From: Pseudobdellovibrionaceae bacterium
GTDB taxonomy: Bacteria; Bdellovibrionota; Bdellovibrionia; Bdellovibrionales; Bdellovibrionaceae
NCBI GenBank assembly: GCA_044359815.1
Contig: JBIKLL010000032.1
Location: 1-26,474, forward strand
DNA length: 26,474 bases
Direction of reading: 5' to 3'
Shown: piece after piece, positions 24,849-26,474 of the stretch
Layout of the letters: each line of letters starts with the position of its first letter
Position numbering within the stretch: position 1 is the stretch's first letter
Position numbers and translations under genes: made by a program
The notes under the pieces: model-generated
What the model was told of the DNA's origin: nothing
What the model saw: only the letters and a program-made list of their open reading frames with translations
Databases searched by the model: none

Positions 24849-26474
24849 ATGGACTGGGCAGAGGTACGTGTGTTAGAACAAAAAGCTCAATTCCAATCTG
24901 TAAAGGTTTTGGAAACTGTCCCGACTGATCTTGCCAGAACTGCTTTGGCGTTAGTCGCAGTGATTTTGCAATTTGCAGTTTTGACCATGCCTCAACAAGC
25001 TCAAGCCGGCTCCAGCGACACCATCACTTACCACGGACGTATCTTAAAACCTGATGGCACTCCCTTAAATGATTCAAGTGTGACCTTTACAATCAAAATC
25101 ACAGGTTCCTCTAGTCTGTTGGGCGATGGAAATTCGGGTTCAGAAAAATGTGTGCTTTATAGTGAAACTCAAACTTTAGATCTGTCAGTCAGCAATGGTA
25201 TGTTCACCATCCCAATCGGAGCGGGTAGCTCTCCTTCATTCGGTTCTGGAGTAACATCTCTGTCAAAAGTATTTATCAATCCACCCAGTGATTTAACAGC
25301 TCCGGCATCAACTGCCTACGCTATACCCGCTGTCAGTTGTGTGACCGGTCAAACAAGCTTTTTAGCTAATTCAAAAACCTTAGATCGTGATATCGAAGTT
25401 TCAGTAACCACTTCTGCTGGAGTGTCACTGAATCTGGGATCAATGGCGATTAAATCAACTCCGTTTGCAATGCAGGCTCGTGAAATCGGTGGTTACGGTG
25501 CTTCAGATCTTTTAAAGGTCGGCTCTGCAAGTTCCACTGCCTACAAGGTTATGACCTCTGGCCAAGCAAATTATCTGATCGGTCTGTTGAATGAATCTTC
25601 AGATGTGATGGATGCTCAAAGCAAAAAAATTAAAAACGTAACGACACCATTGACGTCTGAGCCAGATGCTGCGGCCAACGTTGCTTACGTTGATGCAGCT
25701 ATCGCGGCCTCTGCTGCTGCTGGTGGAGACATTACAGCAGTTGCGGTCGGGACCGGACTGACAGGTGGAGCTACGTCGGGTGCTGCGACAGTTTCATTAG
25801 CCGACACAGCAGTTACGGCTGGCAGCTTTGGATCAGCATCAGCTGTTCCATCATTTACTGTGGATGCTCAAGGTCGTTTAACTGCTGCTTCCAGCGCGGC
25901 TTATCAAGACGCAAGTTATTCAGGAAAAGGTATCGTGCAATTAGATACAGACGCTGCGACATCTGGAATCACAATTTCAGCAGGAGTTATCAGATTGGCT
26001 GACAGCGGTGTCACAGCTGGAACTTATAAATCAGTGACAGTGGATGCAAAAGGCCGTGTAACAGCGGGAACTAATCCAACAACACTTTCTGGTTTTGGAA
26101 TCACTGATGGTGTTCAAAATGCAGGAACTGGTGCGACTTCTTATGTGAGTTCGTTTCAAGCAGGAACTGATGCTGGTAAAGGTGCAGCAAGCACAGCTGG
26201 CAGAATGTGGGTTGCTACAGATACAGGTAAAATCTATCGCGACAATGGAACTGGTTGGGATGAAGTTGCGTCTAGCGCAGCGGCATCTGCCAGCGGTGAC
26301 ATCACTGATGTGACAGCAGGTACGGGCTTGAGTGGTGGAGCGGCTACTGGTAATGCGACATTAAGCTTAGGCACCAGCGGTGTGACAGCTGCGACTTACG
26401 GAACCACAGCTGCAAAAGCTGTTTCATTGACAGTGGATGCTTACGGCAGAATCACAGCAGCAACAGAGGCTGAC
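24849..26474 (+). CDS. Large secreted phage-tail-fibre-like adhesin (Bdellovibrio MAT-type), 5' part; truncated by the window end
   Basis: Absent from the ORF track, consistent with having no stop in the window. Frame opens after TAG 24843 at ATG 24849 (alternative GTG 24870). Signal ..AQA, ITYHGRILKPDGTPL, CVLYSETQ, STPFAMQA, DAAANVAYVD, and fibre repeats GVTAGTYKSVTVDAKGRVTAG and GDITxVxxGTGLxGG. Confidence 0.85.
   Translation, partial: MDWAEVRVLEQKAQFQSVKVLETVPTDLARTALALVAVILQFAVLTMPQQAQAGSSDTITYHGRILKPDGTPLNDSSVTFTIKITGSSSLLGDGNSGSEKCVLYSETQTLDLSVSNGMFTIPIGAGSSPSFGSGVTSLSKVFINPPSDLTAPASTAYAIPAVSCVTGQTSFLANSKTLDRDIEVSVTTSAGVSLNLGSMAIKSTPFAMQAREIGGYGASDLLKVGSASSTAYKVMTSGQANYLIGLLNESSDVMDAQSKKIKNVTTPLTSEPDAAANVAYVDAAIAASAAAGGDITAVAVGTGLTGGATSGAATVSLADTAVTAGSFGSASAVPSFTVDAQGRLTAASSAAYQDASYSGKGIVQLDTDAATSGITISAGVIRLADSGVTAGTYKSVTVDAKGRVTAGTNPTTLSGFGITDGVQNAGTGATSYVSSFQAGTDAGKGAASTAGRMWVATDTGKIYRDNGTGWDEVASSAAASASGDITDVTAGTGLSGGAATGNATLSLGTSGVTAATYGTTAAKAVSLTVDAYGRITAATEAD

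Overview
A 26.5 kb, AT-rich bacterial chromosomal window. Gene content and protein style suggest a Bdellovibrio-like predator (Bdellovibrionota); this is inferred, not verified. Housekeeping and envelope genes include pepA, an EEP-family nuclease, apaG, a subtilase-TM-PilZ fusion, DUF502, an NMNAT-like protein, a short cinA, mgtE, a split ABCC-like transporter pair, a PHD-like 2OG oxygenase, a Tat flavin oxidase, folE and the 5' part of a large phage-fibre-like adhesin. Interspersed are three candidate selfish-element nucleases (one HNH endonuclease, two HUH/Y1 RAYT-like transposases) and three distinct repeat families. The most striking observation is a 31-bp quasi-palindromic repeat inside the HNH gene, in the linker just before the nuclease domain. 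It occurs twice more, 220 bp apart, in the non-coding region upstream, and a perfect 20-bp palindromic variant lies 9 kb away. Also present are a RAYT bracketed by 26-bp inverted REPs with a third dispersed copy, two copies of a ~220-bp fold-back element, a 51/102-bp purine-rich tandem array, and two sigma54-like promoters.
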